A stretch of 64,000 nucleotides of DNA, from the NCBI GenBank assembly GCA_000091205.1, contig AP006496.2. One strand, 5' to 3'. Both the position numbers and the translations under genes were made by a program. The notes under the pieces are model-generated. The model was not told the DNA's origin, searched no databases, and saw nothing but the letters and a program-made list of their open reading frames with translations. This document shows positions 32,813-43,458 of this stretch, one piece after another (within the stretch, counting starts at the first letter, position 1; every line of letters begins with the position of its first letter). The DNA is from Cyanidioschyzon merolae. Taxonomy: Eukaryota.

Positions 32813-34087
32813 ATGCTTTGGTGTTCAAGTCCTGACCGATTGCGTTGCATACACAGACATTTTCTCTGGCACTTACTCACTTTAAGTCTGTCGATCATCC
32901 AGGGTTTCGCGGTCTCAAGAGCGCTGTACGCAGACCATTCGCCTGTTGTCCGTCTCACAGACGACAACTTCCGACGACTGGTGTTGGACTCGTCAGAAAC
33001 CTGGCTGGTAGAGTTTTACGCACCCTGGTGTGGCCACTGTCGCAGTCTCGCACCAAACTGGGAAAAAGCGGCTCGAAGACTGAACGGTCTCGTGCGTGTC
33101 GGTGCAGTCGACTGCGAGCAAAACAGGGCGCTGGCCCAGGAGTACAATATTCAAGCGTTTCCAACGATCAAGCTTTTCACCGGACGCAAACGCACCACTG
33201 AGCGCCGCCAGCCTCTGGACTACCACGGAGGCCGCTCACTGAAAGATATTGTACGTTTCGCGCGTCGCTCGCTCGTCGGGTATGTCCACACAGTGGATCC
33301 CAGCGGTGTGGACGCTTTCCTCCGAGAGGAATCCTCAAAAGGCCACGTGCTTCTGGTGACCACGAACCAGCGCACGAGTGCGATTTATCGAGCGCTCTCT
33401 GAGCGCCATGTCGACCGTGCACTCTTCGGTGTTATGCGGCTTGCCGCGCATGATGAGGCCTCTATGAGCGCGCTCTTGAAGCGCCTGGGGGCGCAACCTC
33501 GTCTCCCCGCGGTCATCGGTGTTCCGGCTGGAGCAGACCTGGACTCAAATACGGTACTCGTCCTCAATGATAGAGAGAAAATGAGCATCCGGGCTCTCGA
33601 TGACCTGGTGAGGCAACTTGTCAACAAAACGAACCGCCAACCGACGACAAAGCCGACGGCGACGGCAAACATAGAGAAACGCTCCAGCACGACCGCGCAG
33701 GCGGCCGGAAACAGTTGGCACGATCTATTCGGAAATGAGTGCACCGCTCGGGATTCAGTCCGACTTTGCGTGATCTTAGCTCAACCAGAACTAGAGAAGC
33801 TTGTCGACGCACTGAATGAGAAATACGTACACGATGGCGTGCACGTAGCCATGAGAGAGGCACGTGTGTTACGCTCGCGACTCAAACTCGCCCCAAATAC
33901 CTTGGCGCTGGTGATTCGACCGCGTAAGCAGCGCATAGCTGTGCTAGAACACGACGTCGTTAACGCATTACCCGCAGCGGATGGGATCAGCGCTTTTATT
34001 GATCGCGCCTTGGGAGGTGATCTGCGATACCGACCGCTCAGCGACCTTTTAGAACCCTCGACGGATGCAACCAGAGATGAGTTATAA
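32813..34087 (+). CDS. Secreted thioredoxin-domain protein (protein disulfide isomerase family).
   Basis: A signal-peptide-like 'FLWHLLTLSLSIIQGFAVSRALY' is followed by the Trx active site 'WLVEFYAPWCGHCRSLAPNWEKAA' and 'IQAFPTIKLF'. The track start at 32693 is GTG; the ATG is at 32813. Confidence 0.75.
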   Translation: MLWCSSPDRLRCIHRHFLWHLLTLSLSIIQGFAVSRALYADHSPVVRLTDDNFRRLVLDSSETWLVEFYAPWCGHCRSLAPNWEKAARRLNGLVRVGAVDCEQNRALAQEYNIQAFPTIKLFTGRKRTTERRQPLDYHGGRSLKDIVRFARRSLVGYVHTVDPSGVDAFLREESSKGHVLLVTTNQRTSAIYRALSERHVDRALFGVMRLAAHDEASMSALLKRLGAQPRLPAVIGVPAGADLDSNTVLVLNDREKMSIRALDDLVRQLVNKTNRQPTTKPTATANIEKRSSTTAQAAGNSWHDLFGNECTARDSVRLCVILAQPELEKLVDALNEKYVHDGVHVAMREARVLRSRLKLAPNTLALVIRPRKQRIAVLEHDVVNALPAADGISAFIDRALGGDLRYRPLSDLLEPSTDATRDEL

Positions 34088-34945
34088 ACGATGAGCCTCG
34101 TTCGCGTACCGGCGTCTGCACCAGTGCGACTCCCTGAACGATTTGATGCTGTCGTTTTATGCTAGTGAGAGGCGCCATTCGGAACATCTTGCTAGGCAAA
34201 CTCACATTTGCTCGGAGTGATATTGGAGCAGCGGCCGCATAACCCTGATGGCCACGTCGCGGTACCACGAGTACCCTGCAGAGGTATCGCGGTTTATCGG
34301 AAGCGCGCGCTTCGTACCGCCCGGTCGCTACCGTCTCTCCGCGTGTTGTAGCGTCGCCGCTTGCGGAAACATGCCCGCTCTCGTGCCCTGAAGTTGTCCC
34401 GTTTTCACGCTATCTCGTATTGAGATTCCTGCCCATTGATGGGTCGCAACGGCCAGCGTCGTAGTTCGGAAGCGAGCGCGTGTGCCGTCGACGATTCGCG
34501 ACATGCGTCAATGAGAGACTCGAGAAACTCGGACGAGAACGAGTACTGCTCGCTTCCACTTTTTCCCACGAAATAGCCCTATGCAGCGCACGACCATGTT
34601 TACATGCGCGCTTATCATCGCATCGTCGTGGTATTCTGCGCCTCTGCAAGAGGCCCCAACACACTTACAGACGCACAGAGGATAGTGTCTTGAGTCGTTG
34701 CTCTGGCGACTCTGCTTCCGTACACGTTGCAAAGAGCTGCTCACTGCGCATGCAAAGCTATAACCGGTAGAGAAATTCGGGACGCTTTGGCTACAGATAC
34801 GACTATATGCACAAAGCGCTGTCGAGGCATAATGCGCGTACATGGTTCAGTGACTCGGTAACTGGCAACGTATCCGAGGCGGTATGGACGCGACCCAGTG
34901 TGAGGCGGCTGGGAAGCGTTCGCAATTGCTGCGTTTCTACGCTTA

Positions 34946-35290
34946 CTACCCTGAAGACGGGGGCCGCGGGTCGCGGGGTACCTCAGCTTCTTCAGCCAAC
35001 CTAACGTAGGCGTATTTAAAGTCTTGGTCTCGCCAGTCGTAGCGGCCGAGGTAGCGTCGCCGTTTCCCGTAAACGTTGAGGGTATTCACTCGCTCCACTG
35101 GAAGTCCATATAGCTTCTCCAAAATCTGTTTAATCTCCACTCGTGTCAAGCTGGGGACGGTTTTGAGTTTGATGAAGCGCGTGCGGAAAGTGTCCGCTGT
35201 GGACTTGGAGAGCTGTTTCTGCTCGGCACGCAGGGCCGGCTCAAAGCGAAGACGAAGGTTAAAGTTCGGGAAGTACAGACGGGGTGGCAT
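34946..35290 (-). CDS. MRPL23: Mitochondrial ribosomal protein uL23m (MRPL23-like).
   Basis: 'MPPRLYFPNFNLRLRFEP...LTRVEIKQILEKLYGLPVERVNTLNVYGKRRR...KYAYVRL' matches the conserved uL23m N-terminus and body. The track ORF starts upstream at a non-ATG codon. Confidence 0.65.
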   Translation of the reverse strand: MPPRLYFPNFNLRLRFEPALRAEQKQLSKSTADTFRTRFIKLKTVPSLTRVEIKQILEKLYGLPVERVNTLNVYGKRRRYLGRYDWRDQDFKYAYVRLAEEAEVPRDPRPPSSG

Positions 35291-38200
35291 CGGTAACTTT
35301 GCAACCAATGCCCTTGAAAATATGCGTTTCTTTTCCCGAACCGGTGCTAAAATCGTTATCCTTACCGTAAGACTGACCGTAGGTGCTCGCCCGCACTGCA
35401 AGCCACGCCGCAGCGACAACGTTGTGAGCAAGGATTGTGTCCTTCTCGGCGAGACGGGTGTCGCATCGTTTCCGCTTCACCCGCGTCAGGTTCGAGCAGA
35501 ACACTGCACTGCTCGCTCCGTTCCCACATCTCGAACTTCTTCCGAACTTTTCTTCGATGAACAGCCTTGAAATTCCAGGTACAACTCTAACTGGTGACGT
35601 ATTCGTACGTGTTTTCAAGATCATCGGTCGTATTTTTCGGAGTGGCTCCTTTGAAACTTTGCCACGGGCATTCTTGACGTTACGGGAGTCAAGGCGATGC
35701 GTGACGCACTCGAACAGGATTTCAAAAAAAAGACCAATATCGTTCTTGAATATGTAGGAATAAACCTTGACGTTTCGTACCGTGTACGATATCCAAACCG
35801 CATACGCTTCAGGTTTTCTATTCTTATGTTTCATGGCATTTCATGTGTGCACAGCGACTGAAGCCGCTGGATTGGCGACGAAATATCCTCGGTGTCATTT
35901 CCTGAGGATTTGCCCGCAAGCTCATGCCAGCTCCTCACGAATCCCGGCACATCAAATAATCGATTCCGCTCGAAACACGAATGCTCCTCTCTTAATCGCC
36001 ACCGTGAAAATGGTATTCGACGCAGCACGATACCTCCGAAGGGGGAATGCTCGCAGGGGCTCCCGTCTGTTTTGTTTGCCCGGAAAAGAGTCCCTGACTC
36101 GGACTTGAATCATTTCAGTGATCTAGTCCAGTGAAGGATACGTCATCGCTTGGCACGAAGGGAGCATAGACGGTTGGACACTTCTCGATTCCCTTTCTAG
36201 ATCAGAACTTTATGTTGAATTCGTAATTCGTGATGGACAACATCGCGCCCCGCAGATTCATTCTCAAACGCAAAAGCGTGCATCCGCGTGTGCTGCGGAT
36301 AAAGGACTTGCCTTGGGGATCGCCCGGAAGCAGGCCGTGATCCTGGTACACCACATCGGGCACGGAAACGGATGAGAACATCCAGGAGATCTTTCCGTGT
36401 ATGTCTTGGGGATGCGCCAGCCATGTTCAGCATCTTGTAGCGTGACAGAGCGACACTCGCATGAAAAGCACTAGTAGACATATGTGACCATCTGGCTACG
36501 TTGAAGCGTCAACGCTGCGGACGGCGCATCGAGACGATCGAGAAAGATGATGAAAATTTTCACAAGCAGCATCGTTCGCCACTATCTTCCGTGCATCAAA
36601 TGCGTGAACAACTACCCGAAGCATTTTAGTCGGGAGTTTCACGCAGCCACGAACATCCCCCGACTGCTGCTAACGGCGCTGTAAGGACAGGAGACACCGG
36701 CGTATGTAACGCGGGATGTAAGCGCAAGGAAAAGAAAACAGTCGCCGAAAAAGCGCCCAAAGTGCGCTTTGAATGACACGGGGAAGAAACAAAAACTTTA
36801 GCGTGTACACACGAGTTGGCTAAGTGCGACCCGCACCATCCCAGTCTGACATGGATCTAAACTAGGCGGAAACGTCAAGTCGTGTGGTTGTGCATCTGGT
36901 CATTGCGTTTTCAGGGAGGATCCGATAAACTTTTGCCGTTATCGATGCGCGTTCTCGCGTTTCGGGGAAGCACGGGCTCGTGCGACATCCGAGTCAGCAA
37001 CGGTAGGATTCGTCGACACTGTTGTGTCCGGTTCCTTGAGGAGTTGAGCATCCGTCGCTGCCGCCGTGCGCGCTCCGAACAGGTCTGTAGTGATGGAGCG
37101 CTCCTCAAAGCATTCATTTAGTCTTGATAGTCTCTATCCCGCCGGCGTCTGAGAATAGGGCGCTGCTGATGTGCCTCGCGTGACGGGTATCAAAGTGCGA
37201 GCCCGGTGAGCAACTCGTGTGCGCCAATCGTCGCTCTGGTTTTTCTGGAACGCCATTCCGCACTCTGCCCCGTTCAAAGGGTATCGCACGCGCATCTGCT
37301 CTCGAAGCCTCCAATAAACACCAGCTTGTGTCCGCAAGAACTTGAAAAATTCCAAGGAACCGCGCTCAGATACCAGCAACAACTTCCCTTCATGACATAA
37401 AACGTGATGCATATGCGGAAAGCGCTCGCAATGTAAGCACCCCAAAGTGCGGCTCAAGTGTTTGTCGACTCGTTTTCGAACATTTCCTGGTCGGCCGAAA
37501 GCGCCACCCTCGACTTTCGTGACTTGCCGTCGATGGACTACGAGCACGATCCACGCACCTCATCAAAACTCGACTTGTATGGACATAGAGGACGATGGAA
37601 CCTCGCGCCAGTGCCGCTCGGTGCCGCTGGATTCCTCCTCATTTTTGGAAATTGACGCAACATTGTACGTTTTGTAACTGCAACTCCAGCGACGCTTCCA
37701 AGGACGAGTCCGCCACTAGGGAGCGCCCCGTGTACGGACGCATGACGAACCAGATTGAACCGCTGCTCTCTACGAGTAGCGGAACATAGGCACTGCTCCA
37801 GAGAACAGCTTCCGCGGTGCCTCAAATTGAAATGCACCGGGACGTAGATGAACATGCTCAGCTCCGTATGCACAGCGCACGCTTCATGAGCATCCCATGG
37901 CCATATCTGAGGATCAATGCGAACTCGCTTTCACTGTCGAGGTCTGTCGGGCAACGCCAGGAACGGTCTTATGGCTTCAGCACTCGCAGCAGCGAGGACT
38001 CATTCGGTGTTATAGCGGGTCAACGCGAATACCGTGGCCTCGATTCGTGCAGCACGCGGAAATGCCCAAAGAATTACGCATGATCAAGCAAACTGGGCTT
38101 GAATCGGGCGCTTGTTCACGGAAATCAAACCACTGACAATGACCAGACGTCGCCAACGCGCTACCTCTCCGAACAAGCTGCAGCGCAAGCAACATTGGAC

Positions 38201-38444
38201 TGCACGAAATGCGTCCCTAAATACAAAGCCATTCCAAACCGGGACCGCACTCGCCTCTGTCTGTGGAAGAATCCATGTTCGCCTGAGCGCATACGCGCCT
38301 TGGGGCTTGTTTTTGTGCAGGCGTGCGTTTGTATCCGTACGCTATCCCTCAGCGGCACGTGATCTCTAGCATATGCGCCGTACGCGCGCAAAGCACCACT
38401 GCCGATCACCGCATACAGCGGTGCAGGCGACTGGAAACACTCGT

Positions 38445-40703
38445 TCAACTCACATAGTGGTACAGGTTAGGGTCCCGCTCATCGCGGCCGATGTATTCAC
38501 GTTGGAGGAGCGATTCAACGCGCTGCTTCACATCCGAAACCGACGGTCCGAAGCAGAGCTCGGCGCCAAGCTGCTGCACGAGGTCTGCATGCGACAGACT
38601 CTTCTGTTTCTTCAGCAACCGCACGATGGCTGCATCGATTTGGTGCTGTCGATCAGGGCTCGCTACCGGGCCGCTCGGTACCTGCTCGGGCGGCCGCTCC
38701 AACAAGGCAATGTCCAAAAGTCGCAAACGACGACGACTTGTCTGCAGATCGGCGTTGAAACGATAGCGTGCAGGAGCGGTCACAGGCCCTGATGAGGCAG
38801 CTTCTGCACCACGCTCTCGAATCAGCACCGGACACTGCGATGAGGAGAGAGAATCCAGAATCCGTTCAAGCTCCGCAGAGTCCGCGATACCGGTCTGCTG
38901 CTGTAGTTCCGCAAGCGTCCAAGCATCCCGTTCGTTGAAGAGCAGCAGCACCACGGCCTGGCTCAGCGTAACGTGAAGCACTTTCTCGCCGTTAGCAAAC
39001 TGCACCCGTAGCTCTGCGGAACTCAGAGACGGCTCCCAGATAAGGCGCCTTCCAGAAAATCGTGCGTGATAAAAGCGATGAAAAGAGCGCTGCTGACTCT
39101 CCAGCCCCGGTGGTACCTGCAGCAAGAAAGATTCGCTACTGTTCCAGTATGCCTGTGTGATGACTTTGCAGGTGAACGACGGCAATCGAGATGAACCCGA
39201 TCCCGGACCCATTCGGTACTCCTGCAAAAGGTCCTGACTAAGATCCATATCTTTGAGCATATTGACGAGATGATTGACATAGACTGCGCCACATTCGGCG
39301 CGTAGCAGTTCCACCACGTACTGCTCGCAGGCCGTCGACGCAGTGAGATCGAATAGCAAGCGCTGTGCCAGATACTTTTTGTAAAAGGCCAGAAAACTAT
39401 CCTTGCCGCTAAGATAACGAAAGAGCTCCAAAAGCTTTCCGATTTTGCGCCGTATGTCCGGCTCCGGAATCGAGGTGCTGCTCACGCGCAGCAGGTCGTG
39501 AAAAGAGCGAGCCAAGCGCTCCGCCGGTGTAGGCTGGCGGGTGTTCAGCGCCGCCTCAAAAGCCGTCTGGGCTGCATTATGGAAACGAACGTCTGCCTGA
39601 AACGCTTCCCGTTCGGTTTGCTCGGCACGATCCAGCAACGCTAACAATCGCTCTATCATTTCGTGATCACGCGCCCGATCGTTCACGATCTGTGTCCCTC
39701 GAACACGAATATAATCACTGTAGCGCGGCACAAGACGCCACAATTCATCTATGGATCGCAACAGCACATAGAGACGACGCAAATCCGTTAGAGATACAGC
39801 GTCTAAGAGGCTCTCCAGGCCCCGATCCATCATCACACTCACACAGTGGCGACCGAGCACATCGTGCAGGATCGCGAACAGCGGTTTCTCCGTGCTCGGC
39901 TCGAGGTGGAGGCGGCAGCGCTCAGCCTCGGCCTGTGTACTGTGCTCAAAATAGGCCAAATAGTCCGATAGAGTTCCCTGTGTGACAAATTCGGTGCCTT
40001 TCGCCACATAAAATGCGCGCGTCTGCTGGAAGAAGAGCGGCTCGAAGTGGGTGCGATAGAAACCCAACGGTGCGAACATCTCCCTAAGAATAGCGCGTAA
40101 GTCTGAGCAATCTCCTCGCTGTTTGCCTTTGCGATCCAGCTCGATTTCCAGAAGCACTGCTCCGAGCGTCGGCAGGAGGACGCGTTGTTGTTCCGCGAGC
40201 ATGTGCTTCGCGAACAGCTCTAGCGCCATCTCCCACAGCGACGGCACCTGAGGACTTTCCGCCGCATAAGTCCGATCGAGGTAGAGAAAAATCGCCTGGA
40301 TATCCCGAAATCGCTCACAGAAAGCTCGCCACACATCGAGCACAGGAGCAAAAGCGGGCCGCTCCGTTGGTTCAACTGCCTGAGCGCTACCCTGTGCCAC
40401 GTGCAGCATAGCCGCTAGGACGGGATCGCTCAGCTGTTCCCGAAAAACGCGCTCGAGATACCCGTCCACCTCCCGCTGCAAGTCCGCGTACAGCTGCTTT
40501 GCGAGATGGTGCAGACACAAGTCCTCCACGCGGCGATAGTGCTCTTCGTACGAGAGCGGCCTCCGCGAAGAAGGCGAGAACACCTGGTCGAGTGCCCGTG
40601 CCAGGTGAGTCCAGCTCTCCTGATAGAACTCCTGGGGGAGTTTCGGCTCCCGCCGGAGCGGCCGAATAATGAGCTTTTTGGGTGCTCGCTGGTTTGATTC
40701 CAT
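38445..40703 (-). CDS. CUL4: Cullin, CUL4-like.
   Basis: The N-terminus 'PKKLIIRPLRREPKLPQEFYQESWTHLARALDQVF' matches CUL4 '[30 protein letters not shown]'. There is a cullin-homology domain and a C-terminal neddylation/winged-helix domain '...IDAAIVRLLKKQKSLSHADLVQQLGAELCFGPSVSDVKQRVESLLQREYIGRDERDPNLYHYVS'. The track start at 40772 is GTG; the ATG is at 40703. Confidence 0.85.
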   Translation of the reverse strand: MESNQRAPKKLIIRPLRREPKLPQEFYQESWTHLARALDQVFSPSSRRPLSYEEHYRRVEDLCLHHLAKQLYADLQREVDGYLERVFREQLSDPVLAAMLHVAQGSAQAVEPTERPAFAPVLDVWRAFCERFRDIQAIFLYLDRTYAAESPQVPSLWEMALELFAKHMLAEQQRVLLPTLGAVLLEIELDRKGKQRGDCSDLRAILREMFAPLGFYRTHFEPLFFQQTRAFYVAKGTEFVTQGTLSDYLAYFEHSTQAEAERCRLHLEPSTEKPLFAILHDVLGRHCVSVMMDRGLESLLDAVSLTDLRRLYVLLRSIDELWRLVPRYSDYIRVRGTQIVNDRARDHEMIERLLALLDRAEQTEREAFQADVRFHNAAQTAFEAALNTRQPTPAERLARSFHDLLRVSSTSIPEPDIRRKIGKLLELFRYLSGKDSFLAFYKKYLAQRLLFDLTASTACEQYVVELLRAECGAVYVNHLVNMLKDMDLSQDLLQEYRMGPGSGSSRLPSFTCKVITQAYWNSSESFLLQVPPGLESQQRSFHRFYHARFSGRRLIWEPSLSSAELRVQFANGEKVLHVTLSQAVVLLLFNERDAWTLAELQQQTGIADSAELERILDSLSSSQCPVLIRERGAEAASSGPVTAPARYRFNADLQTSRRRLRLLDIALLERPPEQVPSGPVASPDRQHQIDAAIVRLLKKQKSLSHADLVQQLGAELCFGPSVSDVKQRVESLLQREYIGRDERDPNLYHYVS

Positions 40704-41899
40704 CTCCTCTGTGACTGAGCGGGTCCCAGGCGCTTCGCAACCAGCTCCAAACTCCTCGTTCGCAGCGTTCACAAAACGAGCGCCTCTTGGAACGTACGCG
40801 AGCGCACCGCTGGCAGCGGTACGCTTGGCAACCGGTTAACCTAAAGCGGGTGTTGCAGCGGACACCATGAAAGACAGAAACCACTACCGGAGGGCAAGTG
40901 ACCCTGAAATCAAGAGTCATTGGTGAAATAGTGGCGATGGGGGCTGTTGTTAGCAATGCAGACTACCAGCGCTTGACTTTCGGTAACTGTTCTGGTCTAC
41001 TAAGGGTAGGGAGCTGGCTCGGAACGTTCCTGGGTGCCACAGGAAAACGACACCGCCACTTGGGACGCTGGCTGGTTGCTCACCAGAGCTTGTGAGCACT
41101 TGCTTGAGTTCGACATTCAGGGCTCATGTTTTCTGTAGAATGCACGTTTGCGCACTGTCTTGTTAAGTAGGGATGGAGCGTTCAGGGTTCTTGGTACTGG
41201 AAGCGCTGAACGTACGACACAGCCGAGCCAAGTGCCAGGGGAGCGGGAAGTGACTGGAGCGACGGTGTGATTAATTGACGACAACGAGGTCACTCACCGT
41301 AGTGTGCAGCTGGTAACGAGTATTCAGAGACGCTCGCGTGCAGCGTCCCGGGAATAAAACCAGGGGCAACTGAGACGCCCCGCAACGTTTCCGGGAAGCC
41401 ACACAGTTTCCATCGAGCCGGTTGGATCGCTTCAAAAGGAAGCCTTTCCCAGTATTTGACCTTGGTGGTTACTTTGTCTTCCACTGGGGCTTGCCCCTCG
41501 TTGCGAGTAGCGTGCATCACGCGAGACCTTCAACAGCGTATGTCACGGGATGCCCCGCCAGTTCTCGATCAGGAACAAAAGAGTACGGGACTTGCTGTTC
41601 TGGGCGTGCGGCAGTCGCCCCTAGTACGCATTCGTGAAACGTTTGTGGGCGCTTCTGGGCGTACGCTCTTGAAAGAGTTGCTGGCTCGAGTACAGTTTCA
41701 TGCGCGCTGGCAGTTGCTATCGTTACAGGCAAACGGAGGTTCCGCGCGGACCACGCAAGGATGCTTAGGCCGCAGACATCGGACTGGAGTCGGCTCTCAG
41801 CACAGAGCAGCTCCATCAATAAAGAGCGCGGAATGAACCGTAGGGAAATACCGCAGGCTCGTTCGTCGCTGGTATTTTCGGAATACGTCGTGCCGATTC

Positions 41900-42600
41900 T
41901 TCGCATAGGCACACTCACACGAGAATGAAACCGAACAGGTCTACGGACTCGGGCGTACACACGCCAAAGCCTGGCTCTCTTCCCAGTGGTACGAATAACA
42001 ACCCGTGCGGGCTTTTTCGGCGACTGCTTCTTTCTTGCTTTACTCTGTCTCGACCGCTCTGTTGTCAACAGTCGAGGGATACTCATGGCTGCGTTCAAGT
42101 CCCTGGGACGATGTTTCTGGCTGTTGTCGACACATTTCACGCACGATGTAAGTCGGGCGCTGCGCTTTGCTTGCCATATATTCACCTTGTTTATGTGCAG
42201 CCTTGATGCGCTCTTTGTAACAGTGACAATTGAGTGCGATCAGGTGTTCTTGTCTATCCATAACACGTCGTGCTGCGAGTTCCGCGCTGTGGCTCGTGAA
42301 CACCGGCTTCATCGCTCGGTTCGTGCACTTGCGCGGTACATGAGGCATATTCCGATGCACTCCTCCGTTTCCAAACCGGCTGCAGTACGCTACGATCACA
42401 TAGTTCTGCTGGATGATCGCCTCGATTACTTCGCTGTCCGCAGCACGCGCAAATGCAAACTGTTCCATTCGATGAAGGATTTGTGAAACGTGACGTTCAT
42501 GATCATGAAAAAAAGTACCGGAAGGAAAATCCAGGTTAGGGAGAAATTCGGGTAATCTAGATCCATTTGCGCTCTTTTCATGCAAACCAGTGACACAGTC
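41900..42600 (-). mobile_element. TnpB/Fanzor-like relic, family 2 copy 4.
   Basis: Minus ORF 42040..42585 'DFPSGTFF...VIEAIIQQNYVIVAYCSRFGNGG...QEHLIALNCHCYKERIKA' has the RuvC-II E and the first CxxC. Overlapping ORF 41517..42185 begins 'LTSCVKCVDNSQKHRPRDLNAAMSIPRLL', which carries the second CxxC immediately before the RuvC-III RDLNAA box. This is the canonical TnpB C-terminal architecture split over two frames. Confidence 0.65.
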
Positions 42601-43458
42601 CGTACTGGACGCGATTGCTGCGATGACTCTAGTCCGAATCCAAGACGCTTTTCATGCAGACGTAAGCAGTGCGGGCCTCTGGGAACAGATCCCGATGACA
42701 GGTATTGTTTTGCTGTTGAATGCGGTTTCGTCGATGGTCACGAAGCGATGGGGATTCTTCTTTAGCACGGAATCGACGATTTGTAGTGACAATCTCAGTG
42801 GACTTTCAGTGTGATCTTATGACTAATTCCTCAACAAACGCCATCGAGCACTTTTCGCTGTCAATGCAACCGCGTCAATAAATGCACCAACGAATCACCA
42901 TGAAACTTAACGATCGAAAACTTGAAGAATACGTGATTTGGGTTTCATACACGTAAGCATTCGAGAATCATGGAGGTTTCTACATACATATTGCATCGCG
43001 ATATCGGTTGTTCGACGAAACCCATCTTCGAGAGCGTCTCGAATCATCTTGATTCCGTTAACGAAACGTATTGCTGCGGCGAGAAGAACGAAGTCGAGAG
43101 AGCCACCCCATATAGACGATCGCGAGTCCCAAAACTACGTACGATGTCGATAGCCTTTATTGCTGTACTTCGAATATCAAGGATGTATATCAAAAAAGAC
43201 AGGAAAAATGGAAAAGGAGGAACAGAGCGAGCACGTCCCTGTTCCATTTTCGTCCACGACGGCTGGAGGACTGGGTATACGAACAGCGCTTTGCGATGAC
43301 GCGTCAGGTAGGTAACCCTGGAAAACAACTTGATGCGCCTACAACTTGCGTGAGCACTTGCTGAAAGCCATATTTTACTGAAGGCTGAATCAACGGACCC
43401 TGCAGATGAGTTTACGTCGACGTGACTGCGAGCCCGCGCAACCAGCACTAGCGGGCCG

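Noticed and set aside
41517-42098. A 190-aa continuation of the ORF after the RDLNAA box of family 2 copy 4.
   Set aside because: TnpB/Fanzor proteins end shortly after RuvC-III. The downstream reading is R/K/S-rich low-complexity sequence through what should be the non-coding tail.
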